Positions 62,521 to 64,000 of a stretch of DNA of 64,000 bases are shown piece after piece. The notes under the pieces are model-generated. The model ran no database searches and was not told the origin of the DNA. It saw nothing but the letters and a program-made list of their open reading frames with translations. Where the stretch lies: contig OZ024742.1 in assembly GCA_964016885.1 (NCBI GenBank), positions 248,558,001 through 248,622,000 on the forward strand, in the 5' to 3' direction. Positions within the stretch are counted from its first letter, which is position 1, and the number at the start of each line of letters is the position of its first letter. This stretch comes from Eledone cirrhosa (taxonomy: Eukaryota). A program made the translations under genes and the position numbers.

Positions 62521-63374
62521 ATAGGAGCTATCACATCCATGATATATAGTAATGTTTGATAAACTGTGTCAGCCGTGATGGTCATGACAGGAATACTTTC
62601 ACTCATACATCTGATAAAAATCGATGACATCTATACAGTGTATGTGGAGCCAATGACAGAAATAGCAGGCATATCTTCATATTAGAAACTACCTTTTATA
62701 AACGGACACATTCAAGAAATTTGACGTAGATATACTGAGTTTAAAAGCAAACAAATGTCTCGGATTTAAGTTCTACTGCATCGCGCCTGTCCCCGAGATA
62801 CACAGCAAGCGTTTTAAATGCAAAACGGCAGCAAAACCACGTTTCTCCATGTATTTGCACAAAAGGCTAGAAAGAGAAGCTAACATTTCTTGAAACTATA
62901 AACTATCGTTTTAAATTTCAAGTAAGAGTGCATAGGATAAAGAAAGAGCTGATGGACTGGCGTCTGACCGAGAATGATGGTGTTTGTTACAATGAGACAA
63001 TATTTTTGATCATATATGTCTACTAGATCACATCTGGCCTGGGGCTAAACATCAGCAATGTATATAACAACAACGTCAATAAAAAAAATAAAAGAACTGA
63101 AAAAAACAACAACAGCAACAGCAGCAGCAACACAGGCAACATAGAATATTAAAGTAACGATACATCAAAAAGAGTCAAGGAAGTAATATGAAACAAAAAA
63201 CATAAAATATTATTAATTTTTATTCAGTTCAGAAAGATAAGACAGAATTGTTTAATTCTCGTTATCTACTTAAGCAGAATACGTGTTTTGGTTGGTATAC
63301 ACACACACGCACAAGAACATAAATAAATAAATAAATAAGTAAATAAATAAATAAGTAAATATATATATATATAA

Positions 63375-63553
63375 CTATTTCTACTTTAGGCACAAGGCCA
63401 GCAATTACCCAGTACATTACTGGTACTTTATTTTATCGACCCAGTAAGGATGAAAGGCAAAGTTAACCTCGGCAGGATTTGAACTCAGACTGTAAAGGGA
63501 CGTAACTATGCTAGAAAGCATGGCGTCCGACCCTCTACCGATACTGCCAATCC
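63375..63553 (-). mobile_element. SINE family S copy
   Basis: Reverse-complement match. Confidence 0.9.
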
Positions 63554-63830
63554 AAACGGCGATGAATTAGTTTTGCGAGGTTTTTTATATGAAATCGTGT
63601 GTCGAAACAAATATTGTTATACTTGTGGAGGGTCATATTTGTGTAATATTGCCAGAATTAATAACAGAACACACTCACTGTTTGGTTGGTTTTCGCTTTT
63701 CGCTTCTGTGTCTTTTATATCGGTAATCTAATATAATATAATATACTCGGTCCTCAATGTTGCCATTGACTGACCGACGGTCAAAAATAATACAGATACA
63801 ATATAGACACAAACACAAGTATAACAATAT

Positions 63831-64000
<170 letters not shown>

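Noticed and set aside
60783-62524. Gly/Val/Pro-rich ORFs suggesting a structural protein
   Set aside because: Degenerate GGT array; the 337-bp duplication is not a multiple of 3 and the frames are interrupted

Overview
AT-rich eukaryotic non-coding DNA dominated by microsatellites ((TA)n, (CA)n, (GA)n, trinucleotides) and transposon relics. The dominant tRNA-derived SINE resembles, from recall only, the Nin/Deu-domain SINE of octopod cephalopods, so the source may be an octopus-like mollusc. No intact protein-coding gene is supported; almost all listed ORFs are translations of microsatellites. Supported content: about 21 copies of one tRNA-derived SINE; decayed RTE, L1/Tx1, R4/Dong and CR1 LINE fragments; three non-autonomous Helitron-like elements; and two decayed Penelope-like elements (PLEs). 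The most notable signal is a dense set of short repeats, from several families with little shared sequence, that carry type I hammerhead-ribozyme (HHR) cores (stem I-CTGANGA-stem II-GAAA-stem III-NTH-stem I). They sit in or beside (TA)n tracts, repeatedly as inverted pairs with both 3' ends facing outward. This looks like a microsatellite-targeting PLE/retrozyme system. All folds and alignments were read by eye; coordinates are approximate to a few bases.
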